64,000 nt of DNA from Planctomycetaceae bacterium (GTDB lineage: Bacteria; Planctomycetota; Planctomycetia; Planctomycetales; Planctomycetaceae). This document shows, in pieces, positions 1 through 9,356 of the stretch. Made by a program: the position numbers and the translations under genes. The stretch's first letter is position 1. Every line of letters starts with the position of its first letter. The stretch is from positions 135,672 through 199,671 of the forward strand of contig JAWKUC010000007.1 of the NCBI GenBank assembly GCA_041398805.1, given 5' to 3'. Under the pieces are notes generated by a model, which saw only the letters and a program-made list of their open reading frames with translations, did not search any database and was not told the DNA's origin.

Positions 1-454
1 GTTGCTCCCGTCGATCGTAGCTCGGTTGATCGTAGCTTGGCTGATCGTAGTTCGGACGGGTGTAACCGACCTGTTCGAGTCGTGAACGGAGCAACTCTTC
101 CAGGGAAGGGGAGCTGGTGTTCACAGAATCGTTGGCGTGGTAGCGTTCGTACCAGTCTGGGGCCCGCCCCCTTCCTTCACTACTGAAGCGGTTGTTTTCA
201 ACAGTGGAAGAGGAAGAAGCAAAGGGATCGGCAACTGAGTCGCTGCGGTAATGGTCTTCGAGGTAGTCGTAGCTCTGTTGTGAAGAGAGTGGCTGGTTGA
301 GCCAGTTTCTCAATTCATTTTCAGGTTCGGCTCCATTCGCGACTGCTCCTACGAAGAGAAGCACAGTCAGGAGGGCCGCTCCCATGATCCGGCTACCAAG
401 TTGATTTGATTTGTTGTTAACGAATTTTCTGGCATTGAATTTATGAGTCATCAT
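1..454 (-). CDS. Secreted hypothetical protein with YDQPS repeats (3' part runs off window start)
   Basis: Hand translation from ATG at 454: MMTHKFNARK...IMGAALLTVLLFVGAVANG-AEPENELR...RPNYDQPSYDQPSYDRREQ; hydrophobic signal-like stretch; AAAGGA RBS upstream; open to the window edge. Confidence 0.75.
   Translation of the reverse strand, partial: MMTHKFNARKFVNNKSNQLGSRIMGAALLTVLLFVGAVANGAEPENELRNWLNQPLSSQQSYDYLEDHYRSDSVADPFASSSSTVENNRFSSEGRGRAPDWYERYHANDSVNTSSPSLEELLRSRLEQVGYTRPNYDQPSYDQPSYDRREQ
13..57. repeat. 3 x 15-nt imperfect coding tandem repeat (GATCGTAGYTYGGNN)
   Basis: Units at 13-27, 28-42, 43-57, encoding (P)[S/N]YD[Q/R] on the minus strand. Confidence 0.85.
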
Positions 455-535
455 GATTCCGTCCTTTAGTTCAATTGATGGTGGGGTGTTTGTTTTTGGT
501 TTGGTTTAGATTGCAGCTCCTTAGTGGGAGCTTGA

Positions 536-760
536 TTAAGCAACGATCAGTTTCAGAGGACTCGCTTCTTCTGTTTCCGCTTCCGCCTCGACTTTGGTTT
601 CAGCTGACTCTTCTCCACAGAGTTCAGCACGGAGGACTCGGACGTCAGCTGGGGCTTCGATTCCGATCTTCACATGTCCTTTTCCAGTTCTGATCACTTT
701 GACAACGATGTTTTCACCAATCTGGATCATTTCAGATTTTTTGCGGGTCAGTACTAACAT
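536..760 (-). CDS. csrA: Carbon storage regulator CsrA family protein
   Basis: MLVLTRKxxExIxIGxNIxVxV...VKIGIEAPxxVxVxRxE signature; AAAGGAG RBS; acidic C-terminal tail. Confidence 0.92.
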   Translation of the reverse strand: MLVLTRKKSEMIQIGENIVVKVIRTGKGHVKIGIEAPADVRVLRAELCGEESAETKVEAEAETEEASPLKLIVA

Positions 761-861
761 GATTTCAGCTCCTTTGAACTCAACTTTGAATTTGCATTAC
801 AGGTTAAGAATCGATTTGTATTTCATCATCAGATCATTTCGATTCAACGTGAGTCCCATAA

Positions 862-877
862 TGCCAAGACCGTGCCA
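862..877 (-). promoter_or_regulatory. Sigma-54 (-24/-12) promoter for csrA
   Basis: Minus strand TGGCACGGTCTTGGCA: TGGCACG plus exact GG-N10-GC spacing, about 100 nt upstream of csrA. Confidence 0.7.
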
Positions 878-1067
878 AACCATTTTCCAGCAACGCAAAT
901 CAACCCGTATTTTTAACGTAATCACTTACTGTTTATGATTTTAAATTTTTATCGATTACACACAGTCAAAATCATATTGGTACTTTTTGTAAGATTGACC
1001 GTGTCAAAGCTTGTCGATTATTCAAAATGGTTAGCCGGTTAAGCTTTTGAATTTGTTACCAGAAGGA

Positions 1068-1090
1068 TTTACAAATTATCATTTTGTAAA
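1068..1090. promoter_or_regulatory. Perfect inverted repeat TTTACAAA-N7-TTTGTAAA, candidate activator site
   Basis: 8-7-8 palindrome in the AT-rich spacer between the two sigma-54 motifs. Confidence 0.45.
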
Positions 1091-1195
1091 CAGACAGATC
1101 AGATCGAGAAAGATGGCTCAGAATATTTTTCGGCCATGTTATATAGATGTGTAATTTCGGATGGCGCCCATGTGTTTTGTTTTGATATCACATTT

Positions 1196-1211
1196 TGGCA
1201 CAGGCTGTGCT
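1196..1211 (+). promoter_or_regulatory. Sigma-54 (-24/-12) promoter for the CX4C-repeat protein
   Basis: TGGCACAGGCTGTGCT: TGGCAC plus GG-N10-GC, 77 nt upstream of ATG 1288. Confidence 0.7.
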
Positions 1212-1287
1212 TAATATGACATCACCCAAGAGGGAGTACCCGCTGGGAGAAAACAAAAGAAACCCCATCCATCAAAGGAGAGTTGAA

Positions 1288-1842
1288 ATGAAAGCTTTAA
1301 AAACATTAACCATGGTCGCAGTTGCAGGTTTGATTGTTATGGGTGCCGAAGCAGCCCAGGCGGGTCCACTCGACTTCTTGAACCCCTTCACGTGGGGCAA
1401 CAACAATTACTACAACAACACCAGCTTCAGCTCAGGCACCATCTGCGGCCCGAACGGTTGCTACACCCCAACAGCCTCTAATTGTGCCAACGGACAGTGC
1501 TACCCAACCTACGGAACAACAACCTCGTACTACGGTTCCAACTGTGCGAACGGGCAGTGTTACCCCAGCACAACCACCAACTACGGTTCGACTTACGCTG
1601 TCCCGAGCAACAGCTACTACGGAATCTCCAACTGCCCCGGCGGTGTCTGTCCTCCAGCTGGAAACACCTACTACTCAAATTCAACACCCAGTTACTACCA
1701 ACCCCTTAACAACTACTCAGCCCCTGCAGTTCGCCCAGTGAGTGGCACCTATGCCCTTCAACCCAGAACTACGGGTCAACCAACTCACAGGTTTCCTCTC
1801 CGTTCTACAACTAACCTCTCAGTCCTCAGAGGCACTAGTTAA
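1288..1842 (+). CDS. Secreted low-complexity Tyr/Asn/Ser/Gly/Thr-rich protein with four CX4C motifs
   Basis: AAAGGAG RBS then MKALKTLTMVAVAGLIVMGAEAAQA signal peptide; CGPNGC, CANGQC x2, CPGGVC. The true end may be ...NYGSTNSQVSSPFYN* at 1814 after a probable frameshift near 1760. Confidence 0.85.
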   Translation: MKALKTLTMVAVAGLIVMGAEAAQAGPLDFLNPFTWGNNNYYNNTSFSSGTICGPNGCYTPTASNCANGQCYPTYGTTTSYYGSNCANGQCYPSTTTNYGSTYAVPSNSYYGISNCPGGVCPPAGNTYYSNSTPSYYQPLNNYSAPAVRPVSGTYALQPRTTGQPTHRFPLRSTTNLSVLRGTS

Positions 1843-1873
1843 CAGAAAGGAACCTCGTGTTTCCTGATAGATG

Positions 1874-1902
1874 AAGCCACCGGAACCCCTTCCGGTGGCT
1901 TT
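1874..1902 (+). terminator. Rho-independent terminator
   Basis: AAGCCACCGGAA-cccc-TTCCGGTGGCTT hairpin followed by a T-rich tract. Confidence 0.8.
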
Positions 1903-2194
1903 ACTTATGCGCCAAAAACTCTAAAATGGACTCACCAGCTCAAACCGGCGAGCATACTGCCTGCCTCCTGCTGACTAGAATAAAGCTGGAAGAACCCTGA
2001 AAAGACCCGGGAAATCGCTGTTTCTCTGGCGTCAACAGGGGACAGACTTGTGTTCTCAGGTTGGATTCCTATACTAGGCGATCCTTGAGACAACGATCAG
2101 ATTCTGTATTCAGAAACGCCCCGGAAGCCCGTTCTCATGCTGGGAACCCCAACTCCGGAAACGTTCCGACAGTAACAGTTTAGAGATAATTATC

Positions 2195-2457
2195 ATGACT
2201 CAGAAATGCGAAGTTTGCGGTAAATCAGCCCAGATGGGTAACAGCAAAGTTGAACGTGGTATGCCCAAATACCTGGGTGGTAACGGACGAAAAACCACTG
2301 GAATCACTCGCCGCCAGTTCAAACCGAACCTGCAACGTATCCGCGTTCAGGAAGGGGGAAGCGTGGTGCGAAACGTGTCTGCACTCAATGTATTCGCTCT
2401 AACAAAGTGCAGAAAGCCGTGGTACGTCAGCCCTTTACACTTCCTTCTGCGAAGTAA
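2195..2457 (+). CDS. rpmB: 50S ribosomal protein L28, Zn-ribbon type; one apparent frameshift near 2372
   Basis: CEVCGK...GN...[10 protein letters not shown], then alternate frame [20 protein letters not shown]...*. Confidence 0.93.
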
Positions 2458-2591
2458 TCATTCCTGACCGAACCAGTTGAAGCGGAGAGAGGTCTTTATT
2501 AAAAGTAGAGACGTTCTTTCCGCTTTATTTGCTGCGCTCAATCTGATTTTTCAATCCCGGAATACTGCCCCTCTATTGATTCGGAGAAAGC

Positions 2592-2885
2592 ATGTCCCTC
2601 ACTCAGGCTGACGTCACCAAGGTCGCGACCCTCTCTCGACTTGCTTTATCAGAAGAGGAATCTGCGCAAATGCTGCAACACCTGGGACAGATTCTCGGTT
2701 ACTTCGAAATCCTGCAGGAAGTCGACACCGAGAACGTCGAACCGATGGCACATGCGATCGAACTGCATAACGTATTTCGAGAAGATGAAATTCTGGAATC
2801 GTTACCTCGCGAAGAAGCACTGGCCAATGCTCCCAAGACAGATGGGAAATACTTCCTGGTCCCTCAAATTCTGAGCAACGACTGA
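2592..2885 (+). CDS. gatC: Asp/Glu-tRNA amidotransferase subunit C
   Basis: VATLSRL...VDTENVEP...FRED...NAP...YFLVP; immediately before gatA. Confidence 0.95.
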   Translation: MSLTQADVTKVATLSRLALSEEESAQMLQHLGQILGYFEILQEVDTENVEPMAHAIELHNVFREDEILESLPREEALANAPKTDGKYFLVPQILSND

Positions 2886-2976
2886 GCTTTACCCGCTTAC
2901 CTTATCAAATCGCACTGAACACAACACAAATTACGCTTCTAAATCAGCCCGTCCAATACAAAAGGAAATCACCGCC

Positions 2977-4443
2977 ATGTCCCTCGTCGGTGCGACTGCT
3001 TCCGAGCTACTTTCTCTGATGGAAAAAGGGGAGACGACTGCTGTCGAAGTGATGCAGGCCCATCTCGATCAGATCGACAGTACTGATTCAAAAGTCGAAG
3101 CCTACCTGCATATCGACACCGAGAGCGCACTGAAAAAAGCCGCCGATGTGGACGCCCGCCGCAAAGCAGGGGAACCTGTCGGTCCCTTAGGGGGACTTCC
3201 CGTAGCTGTAAAAGACGTGCTTTGCACCCGCGGAGTTCCGACAACCTGCTCCAGCAAAATGCTGGAAAACTTCGTCCCGCCTTACGATGCGACAGTTATC
3301 AAGAAAATGAACGCAGCCGATGGCATTATGATCGGCAAGGTCAACATGGACGAGTTCGCCATGGGCTCCTCCACTGAAAACTCTGCTTTCAAGAAAACAC
3401 GAAATCCCTGGAACCTGGAGCATTCACCCGGTGGTTCTTCGGGAGGTTCCGCCGCAGCTGTTGCGGCAATGACAGCCCCCCTGTCACTCGGTTCCGATAC
3501 AGGTGGTTCGATTCGCCAACCTGCCCACTTCTGCGGTGTCGTCGGGATGAAACCGACCTATGGTCGCGTCTCCCGATATGGGCTCGTCGCATTCGCCAGT
3601 TCGCTCGATCAGGTTGGCCCCTTCGCTAACGATGTGCATGGAGCGGCGCTCATGCTGGAAGCAATCGCCGGCCATGATAACCTCGACTCCACTTCCGTAC
3701 CAAAAGAGGTTCCCAGTTACACAGTCAGCCTGGATGAACCACTCAAGGGATTGAAGATCGGTATCGTGAAAGAGCATTATGTCGAGGGACTCAACGAAGA
3801 AGTCGAAGCGGCCGCCCGCGAGGCCTATAAAGTTTACGAATCACTGGGCGCCGAAATCGTCGAGATCAGTCTGCCTAACTCCAAATATTGTGTCGCCGCT
3901 TATTACATCATCGCTCCCGCCGAAGCCTCCAGTAACCTCGCTCGTTACGACGGAGTGCACTACGGGCATCGTTCCGAATCATTTGGTAATAGTATGATCG
4001 ATATGTATTCCCACAGTCGGGGGGAGGGCTTCGGTACTGAAGTGAAACGACGTATCATGCTGGGAACCTACACGCTTTCAGCAGGTTATATCGACGCCTA
4101 CTATGTCAAAGCTCTCAAGGTTCGACGATTGATTCGAAATGACTTTGACGAAGCATTCAAACAGGTCGACGTCATCGCCTCACCAACTTCGCCCAACACA
4201 GCTTTCAAGATCGGCGGACTGATTAACGACCCACTGGCGATGTACCTCGAAGACATTTATACGATCAGTGCCAACCTCGCAGGGCTGCCCGGTATTTCTG
4301 TTCCAGCGGGTATGAGTAAAGCCGGGTTACCAATCGGACTTCAGTTAATCGCCGCCCCGTTCGAAGAAGAAAAACTACTGCGAGCGGCCCGCATGTTAGA
4401 AAAAGAAACTGGCTGGACCGCCAAGCGGCCCACGTTAAGTTAA
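2977..4443 (+). CDS. gatA: Asp/Glu-tRNA amidotransferase subunit A
   Basis: Amidase signature GGSSGGSAAAVAA, GSDTGGSIRQPA, SSNLARYDG, EVKRRIMLG. Confidence 0.98.
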   Translation: MSLVGATASELLSLMEKGETTAVEVMQAHLDQIDSTDSKVEAYLHIDTESALKKAADVDARRKAGEPVGPLGGLPVAVKDVLCTRGVPTTCSSKMLENFVPPYDATVIKKMNAADGIMIGKVNMDEFAMGSSTENSAFKKTRNPWNLEHSPGGSSGGSAAAVAAMTAPLSLGSDTGGSIRQPAHFCGVVGMKPTYGRVSRYGLVAFASSLDQVGPFANDVHGAALMLEAIAGHDNLDSTSVPKEVPSYTVSLDEPLKGLKIGIVKEHYVEGLNEEVEAAAREAYKVYESLGAEIVEISLPNSKYCVAAYYIIAPAEASSNLARYDGVHYGHRSESFGNSMIDMYSHSRGEGFGTEVKRRIMLGTYTLSAGYIDAYYVKALKVRRLIRNDFDEAFKQVDVIASPTSPNTAFKIGGLINDPLAMYLEDIYTISANLAGLPGISVPAGMSKAGLPIGLQLIAAPFEEEKLLRAARMLEKETGWTAKRPTLS

Positions 4444-4487
4444 TATAATCACCACACAGGTTTGAATTTGATTCGGATGGAATCAGG

Positions 4488-5972
4488 ATGGATTACAAAG
4501 TCGTTATCGGTTTAGAAGTGCATGTTCAATTGCTGACGAACACCAAGTTGTTCAGCGGTTGTATCAACAAGTTCAATCCGGACAATCCCAACGTTCAAAC
4601 CGACCCGGTGACGATCGGGATGCCGGGAACACTCCCGGTTATGAACCGCAAAGCATTTCGCTTGGCGCTCGAGACCGCGCTCGCGCTCAACTGCACCATC
4701 GCCCGGTTTACCAAGTGGGACCGTAAACAGTACTACTATCCTGACCTACCCAAAGGATATCAGATCAGCCAGTACGACATGCCCTTCAGCGAACATGGCT
4801 GGCTGGAGATCGCGATTGGCGAAGAGGGAACCGAGAAGAAACGCATTCGCATTCTCCGCGCGCACCTTGAAGAAGATGCCGGGAAGAACATGCACGACGA
4901 AACCGGGAAGGGGGGCGATTCCCATGTTGACCTGAACCGGGCCGGCACTCCACTCGTTGAAATCGTATCACAGCCTGATATCAGCTCTCCCGCTGAAGCA
5001 AAAGCCTACCTTGAAGAATTAAAGCTGCTCCTGTCCTACATCGGCGTTTCCGACTGTAACATGCAGGAAGGCTCGCTTCGCTGCGATGCCAACATCAACC
5101 TGCACGTGATTAAGGATGGCGAAACGATTCCGACTCCGATTGTTGAAGTTAAAAACGTCAACAGCTTTAGAAACGTCGAACTTGCCTGCGAATACGAAGT
5201 CACTCGCCAGTTAGAAGTATTCAAGGAAACTGGCAAGCGCCTGGGTGAAGTCGAAAAAGAGACTCGTGGCTGGAACGCTGTTAGCGGCACCACGTTCTCA
5301 CAGCGGGGTAAGGAAGAAGCCTCCGACTATCGTTACTTCCCGGACCCCGACCTCGTCCCCGTGGTCGTCTCGGACGAAATGCTGGAAGAAGCCAAAGCCA
5401 ACCTTTGTGAGTTTCCGGCCGTACGCGCGAACGGTTCATCGAGGAGTACAGTCTTTCTCCGTATGATGCCAAAGTGATCATCGAAAAACTGATCCCCTTT
5501 GCCGACTACTTCGAAACAGTAGCCAAAGGTTGTGGAGATGGAAAACAGGCGGCAAACTGGGTCACTCAGGATGTCACCCGGGAAATGAACGATCGTGGTT
5601 TATCAATCGAGGACTTTCCAATCAAAGCCGAAGTCCTGGCCGCTTTGCTGTCGAAGGTTCTCAAAGGAGATTTGACAATCAAATCGGCCCGTGAAGTCTT
5701 CATGGACCTGATGGAACTTCCCGCAGAGGAATGCACCACCGGGAAGATTGATAAGATCATCGATGACAAAGGACTGGGCGCTGCAGGACACCGGACAGAT
5801 CATCGAAGTGATCACCGCCCTGGTCGCTAAAAATGAAAAAGCGGCGAGCGATATCCGTGAAGGAAAACTTCAGGCGGCCGGACCGCTGATCGGCCAGGTA
5901 ATGAAGGAACTCAAAGGGGCTGACCCCAAAATGGTCCGCCAGATGATTATTGATCACATTCAGGGGAACTGA
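4488..5972 (+). CDS. gatB: Asp/Glu-tRNA amidotransferase subunit B (two apparent frameshifts, near 5430 and 5780)
   Basis: [42 protein letters not shown]; C-terminal GQVMK..KGADPK in downstream frames. Confidence 0.96.
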
Positions 5973-5974
5973 GT

Positions 5975-6925
5975 TTACCCCTCTGGTTCTGGCTCAATCT
6001 TCCAGGCATCCAACCAGACTGTCTTGATCGGTTTCATCTTGTACTGCTCGACAATCTTCTGGTGCATGTCTTCCATGTGACCCGCGCCGTAGAAGATACC
6101 GATCTTCTCCTTACCTTTGTCAATTTCCCGCTGCATCACTTTCAGTGCGACATCGTTGCGATCGGTTATCAGCGAGAAACCCTGTTCGCCGCTGAAGGAA
6201 CTGAGAAACGTATCGTTCCCGATGAACTCTCTGGCGAAGACTCCCTTCAGCTTACGAGCCCGAACTTCCGGAGGATCGAAGGCGGTCATCATCAACGCCA
6301 TCTCCGCCGTCTTGGATCCTCCTTTACTCTGCATCGTCGCATTGGCCTGCATGATTCTCAGGAGAAGATTAAGCGGGGTCTCTCCCTTATCCTGCATCGT
6401 CTGGAAAAGTTGCTCCGGGGACATATCCGCATGCACGAAGTTCTTCTGGGTGTAATCAATATTCTCCAGCTGAAACTCAAGTTGCAGGGCATCTTTCATG
6501 ACCATCTGCATCTGCGAGATAACATTCCCGCTCGCTTCTGGATCAGCTCGAAAACCGGATTCCAATGCCTCAGGAGGAGCGACCAGCTCGTAGAGCAGGG
6601 CATCATAATAGGAGAACTGCTTGTTGAGCTGCTCGTAATATTCTTTATCGCCGATGTGAATCACACCGATCAGGTCGACCCGCACACTTACTTTCCCCGG
6701 TCGCTCCAACTCGTAGCGAGTAATGGCCGTCTGTAACGCGACCACTTCGTCTTTCTCGTTGGTTTCCACCCGCATGAACTTGAATTCATCGTCTGTCGCC
6801 TCCGATTTCTGTTCTTCTGATTCGGCAGCTTTACCTGGAATGAGGGAGAACAGCACAAGCAATGTGCCCAGAAAGAATTGCAGCAGGCGCGATTTCAGCT
6901 GATAAGGAAATAACGGTTTATTCAT
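5975..6925 (-). CDS. Exported TraB/GumN-like hypothetical protein
   Basis: Signal peptide; HIG..YY, YE, DRN, GAGH motifs resemble the TraB/PrgY/GumN fold. Confidence 0.55.
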   Translation of the reverse strand: MNKPLFPYQLKSRLLQFFLGTLLVLFSLIPGKAAESEEQKSEATDDEFKFMRVETNEKDEVVALQTAITRYELERPGKVSVRVDLIGVIHIGDKEYYEQLNKQFSYYDALLYELVAPPEALESGFRADPEASGNVISQMQMVMKDALQLEFQLENIDYTQKNFVHADMSPEQLFQTMQDKGETPLNLLLRIMQANATMQSKGGSKTAEMALMMTAFDPPEVRARKLKGVFAREFIGNDTFLSSFSGEQGFSLITDRNDVALKVMQREIDKGKEKIGIFYGAGHMEDMHQKIVEQYKMKPIKTVWLDAWKIEPEPEG

Positions 6926-7123
6926 ACCGGGAAAAACTCCAGCAGTCAGACTGTGCCAGCCTGTACAAGGGGGAGGGTTGATTCGTGAATTCTTACCTTA
7001 TTCTAGGGAAGAACCAATCGGCAGGGCAATTGCGCTTTTCAAATAGATTCTGGATTGCTGCTAACCAGTGGAATCAGTAGAGGATAGGAACTTAAATCCG
7101 AATTGCAATTTGCCCCTGAGAGA

Positions 7124-7825
7124 TCATTCTGGATGTGTAAGATTCCGACTCAACCGAGTAATTTCCCAGATCAAACTGATCAGACTTGATATGGAGATGA
7201 AGAACAGAATTCGAGAGACAACCAGAGAGAAGTAGATATCACCCGAAATCTCGCTCAGCATCCAGTAAGTGAGTTTTCCAAACTGTAAACGCGGGAGCAG
7301 AAACATAATCAACCAACTCATACAGAGTAGAGATCGAGCATAGACCGACCAGGGGACACGAATCACGCCAGGTCCTGCTGGCAACTCCATGCTGTTTCGG
7401 TAGAGAGCAGGAAAGTAAAGCAGTGTGCTTACCATATTTAACAATGGAATTTTAGCCAGCTTGAAGAGACTTCGAGTTTTCAAAGTCTCCGACTCTCCAT
7501 CGAGACCGTGGCAAATTTTTTCGATCTCATCAACCCACTGATAACCTCGGGCAAAGGCAAACAGTATCAGCAGGAGTACAGGATAATCGCAGTAGTATGT
7601 GATAACCTCCCTGAAACTGAACGATCCGTGCCAGGAAAGAAGCTGATACATGTAAGAGTGCGTTAGCCCAGGATTCGTCGATCGGAATTGAGTCGATTCG
7701 AGGAAGATCACCATCGGAATCTGCCCCAGACAAAAGGCGAGAACAATCGACCCGCTCAGCGAGATTGCATAGCGATCGAGTTCTGATGATTCTGCTATAG
7801 AAGTATTCCCAGAGATGCTGTTCAT
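7124..7825 (-). CDS. Membrane protein, divergent member of the DUF4328-like array
   Basis: 233 aa, about 4 TM segments, IPLLN..LY motif shared with upstream paralogues. Confidence 0.65.
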   Translation of the reverse strand: MNSISGNTSIAESSELDRYAISLSGSIVLAFCLGQIPMVIFLESTQFRSTNPGLTHSYMYQLLSWHGSFSFREVITYYCDYPVLLLILFAFARGYQWVDEIEKICHGLDGESETLKTRSLFKLAKIPLLNMVSTLLYFPALYRNSMELPAGPGVIRVPWSVYARSLLCMSWLIMFLLPRLQFGKLTYWMLSEISGDIYFSLVVSRILFFISISSLISLIWEITRLSRNLTHPE

Positions 7826-7842
7826 GATTTCCGATGATTAAC

Positions 7843-8544
7843 TCAGACCTTCAGTTCATACTTCGCCTGCTGCAACCGCTGGATCTTTGTGATCAGATAC
7901 TGCCAGATCAGAAAGACCGTAATCAGCAAGCACAAGCGAATAAAACGACCACAGGCAAGACCAAGCACTGTTTGGACATAACTCAGCATATGCCCTTCAA
8001 TGATAAATGAAATGAAGAAAATGAAGGCGAGTGGTGAAAGTAATAGTGTCAGCAATAAAACATTGAGTATACCCCACTCTGCGGGGACGTAATCGACCTT
8101 CGACTCGCGATACAGAACCGGCACAGTAAGAACAGTCCCGAACAGGTTCACTACGGGTGGAATTCCCAGAAACCAGAAGAGGGCCAGCGTACCACGGGAG
8201 ACAGGTGCAGGCCCGGCGCGAAGATTCATAGCAGCCCGGTAGAAAAAGCAGGCCGACATAACATAGATCACGAACATGGATGCTATAAACAGAAAATGCG
8301 TGCTCATGAAAATCGTGCGCGTGACAGCAATATCGGTTCGTGAGGGATCTTCTTTCAGAATCCTAAGCTGGGAAAGAAATTCATCCCCTAGATAGGAAAA
8401 CTGAAAAATCAGTGCGATGGTGTCCAGCAGATAAACCCCCAGGGAAATCCCCATCGCCAGCTTGATTCTGCGGATACTTTTATCGAGTGGGTGATAAAGG
8501 GAGAGTTGCTCCGGTTTATTAAGGGCGACTGAGGTGTCCGACAT
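7843..8544 (-). CDS. DUF4328-like membrane protein
   Basis: FFYRAAMNLR...IPPVVNL...LYRES; about 4 TM segments. Confidence 0.7.
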   Translation of the reverse strand: MSDTSVALNKPEQLSLYHPLDKSIRRIKLAMGISLGVYLLDTIALIFQFSYLGDEFLSQLRILKEDPSRTDIAVTRTIFMSTHFLFIASMFVIYVMSACFFYRAAMNLRAGPAPVSRGTLALFWFLGIPPVVNLFGTVLTVPVLYRESKVDYVPAEWGILNVLLLTLLLSPLAFIFFISFIIEGHMLSYVQTVLGLACGRFIRLCLLITVFLIWQYLITKIQRLQQAKYELKV

Positions 8545-9356
8545 CAGACCTCCAGTTGATTAACATTCTCTGCAACTTCCAATGCAATCTTCCCACACAC
8601 AGGGCATTCGTCCATATTTATATTATAGGCTTCACCACAACCCTCGCAGACTCTCAAACCACGTTCCTGATTGGATTGAAAATTGATTTCCTGCAATCGA
8701 GTGACTGCGAAGACCATACTGCTCCAGCCATAAACCATTCCGCACATTAACAGGAAGTACATTCCCAGGAAGGTCAACACGATGTAAACATTGCCCAGGG
8801 CAGGACCTGTTTTCAACATGAAGGTAATCAGGCAGAGGAGTGCAAAGCTTCCCACTAAGACGATTGAGCGAATGAAAGTAAACCAGGAGAACCACTTGAA
8901 CTTTGCAGGCGGCTTGTGACTAAGCTGATAAAGAAGGGTCATGTAGATAAAGGTCAGAAGAATATTTCCCGCAGGTACAGCAGCAAGACAGATCATGAGA
9001 AACGGGAAAAATAATCGCGGCTGCTTTGAAAACAAATTGATATTCAATGACGCTCGGTGAACCCAGGCAATCGAATGAAAATAGAAAACCAGACCGAGCA
9101 GCAGATTAAACAATACAGAAACACGATAGGAGAAAATCACTATGTCGTAGACACTCAAATCCTGGACTAAGTCTGTCTGGAGTGCCCAGCGGAGAAAGGA
9201 TGTATTTGTTTGAAATACCAGTACATTCGTAACAGCAAACATCGCCAGAATTGAAATCCCCACCGCCAGCCGCAGGTTCCAGCGTGCCATTTTTACCAGG
9301 GGATTGAAGTGATCTGCTTCCACTCCCAGGAATTCATGCATCTCCGGCTGACTCAT
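8544..9356 (-). CDS. DUF4328-like membrane protein with C-terminal Zn-ribbon
   Basis: WVHRASLN...VPAGN...LYQLS; CEGCGE...CPVCG. Confidence 0.72.
   Translation of the reverse strand: MSQPEMHEFLGVEADHFNPLVKMARWNLRLAVGISILAMFAVTNVLVFQTNTSFLRWALQTDLVQDLSVYDIVIFSYRVSVLFNLLLGLVFYFHSIAWVHRASLNINLFSKQPRLFFPFLMICLAAVPAGNILLTFIYMTLLYQLSHKPPAKFKWFSWFTFIRSIVLVGSFALLCLITFMLKTGPALGNVYIVLTFLGMYFLLMCGMVYGWSSMVFAVTRLQEINFQSNQERGLRVCEGCGEAYNINMDECPVCGKIALEVAENVNQLEV

Noticed and set aside
13-57. Short direct repeats as a possible CRISPR array
   Set aside because: 15-nt contiguous in-frame units with no spacers; a coding repeat, and no cas genes are present.
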